Shown piece by piece: positions 62,641 through 64,000 of a stretch of 64,000 nt of DNA. The stretch's first letter is position 1. Every line of letters starts with the position of its first letter. Location: NCBI GenBank assembly GCA_963709405.1, contig CAVPXM010000063.1, positions 196,128 through 260,127 of the forward strand. The letters run 5' to 3'. The translations under genes were made by a program, and so were the position numbers. The notes under the pieces were generated by a model. It did no database searches and was not told the origin of the DNA. It saw only the letters and a list, made by a program, of their open reading frames with translations. The DNA comes from an uncultured Nitrososphaerales archaeon (lineage in GTDB: Archaea; Thermoproteota; Nitrososphaeria; Nitrososphaerales; Nitrososphaeraceae).

Positions 62641-64000
62641 TAATGAGAAATTAGGATCCGGTTTGGAGCGGATGGTCTGCGTTAGAGACGATTATATAGG
62701 AATTTTTTGATTGTTTACCTATCTTAAGTTGAAAATAATCTGGATCCGCATTGTAATAGTACGATTGAATCTTTAGTCTCGGGTCATATATTCCAAGAAC
62801 TTTCAAATAGTCAGATAGGTTACAATTTAGATTGTTCACACCGGATAAACTTTGTCGCTTGCTTCCTGCATACATAGTGGGCTTTATAGAAGAGCTATCT
62901 CATATGGCAATGCAATTACTCCATAGATGTTTCCATAATTTCGTTTTATGCTTTAACGAAAATATCATTAAACGCCATCTTTCTATCACTCATGATTTGC
63001 ATAATTTCTTTGCTAGAAAATAATTCTTTATCAACTCGCGAACTGCTCCTATCTTTGCCAACTCTGCATCGTACCCCCAAACCGCGGCATCTTCCAGATA
63101 ATTATGATTGAGAAATTATCCGAAAATATTAGATCTAAACTACCTTCGGTCGGCCCCTAATTGTAGCAGCATAGTTATATTCTAAATTACGAGACTGACT
63201 GACTTATGAGTTACAAGAGATTAATAAAAACCAATGAGTTACAAATTTTTTAAATTTGGAGAGCATCCTTGATATTGCTTGTTAAGACTACTGAAGAATA
63301 ATTTATGATAGAGTCATTAGAAGTAAATTCAAGTGAACCACTGTCTTCTCTGACATTTATACAAAAAGCTAGGAATTCGACACAAGTTATTTGGCTTGGA
63401 AGATTGGCAGCTTATGACAAAGCTATTGTTAATCAGTAAAAAGGCAAGAACTTACCATTCTTTATAAATCTAAATTAAAGATTTGATTACACAATAATTG
63501 GCTTCACGATCGCAATATAATTATTAAAACAGATTCCACTATATTGACATCTTACAAAATGGATATTATCCAGGCCCTGTATCTCGTATTAAAAATAGGA
63601 AATGTAACAGTTTTCGTTCTTTCTCGATCCCATATGGTCGCTACCTCCATTATTACCTTCCGATTTCTGCCTATGTTCTTTTTAATTGAAGTAGATGAGT
63701 GATTATGATCTAGAACTTATTGTCCGTTGATGATGAGAAAGGATACATAACAACAAGAAACAAGGACAATTATATCTGCAAGAGTACATGCAGTTACTCA
63801 TAAGCAATGATGTATAGTTAGCAAGAAAGCAGAACAGAGAACAGGCACTAGATTATGAATTAGTTGATAAAGATACATCTAGTGAAGAATACAAACAAAA
63901 ACAAAATCTTTGCGAGTAATACCAGAAAAATAACTGGAATAAGATAGTAGATTATTTTATGAATATAAAAGACAAAGTGAAAATGGAAGAACTCAGGTTT

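Overview
Chromosomal window of an ammonia-oxidising archaeon, most likely Nitrososphaeraceae (Nitrososphaerota). The assignment rests on archaeal RadA, eL21, Rpo4, uL16/L10e, EndA and AglB, plus cupredoxin, Vgb-like and roadblock-like proteins typical of this lineage. Most of the window is housekeeping: a tetrapyrrole cluster (sirC-hemA-hemB-hemL-hemC-cobA-hemD), sufB-sufD-Rieske, radA-rpl21e-rpoF-DUF655-rsmA-hemK, leuCD-like genes, cofE, a DRG GTPase, aglB and three tRNAs (Glu-CTC, Gly-GCC, intron-containing Ala-TGC). Features not explained by the ORF track: (i) an orphan 4-repeat CRISPR mini-array after aglB, followed by decayed AT-rich DNA; (ii) two good box C/D sRNA candidates, one whose two guides appear to match 23S H69 and H71; (iii) a large secreted Ala-rich protein with 57-bp tandem repeats; (iv) an uncharacterised wHTH-like + P-loop ATPase gene pair; (v) an IS6-family element with terminal inverted repeats and an 8-bp target duplication; (vi) small Zn-binding ORFs under 60 aa; (vii) five +1 frameshifts that look like merged-allele consensus artefacts rather than pseudogenes. 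All calls come from motif recognition; no searches were run.
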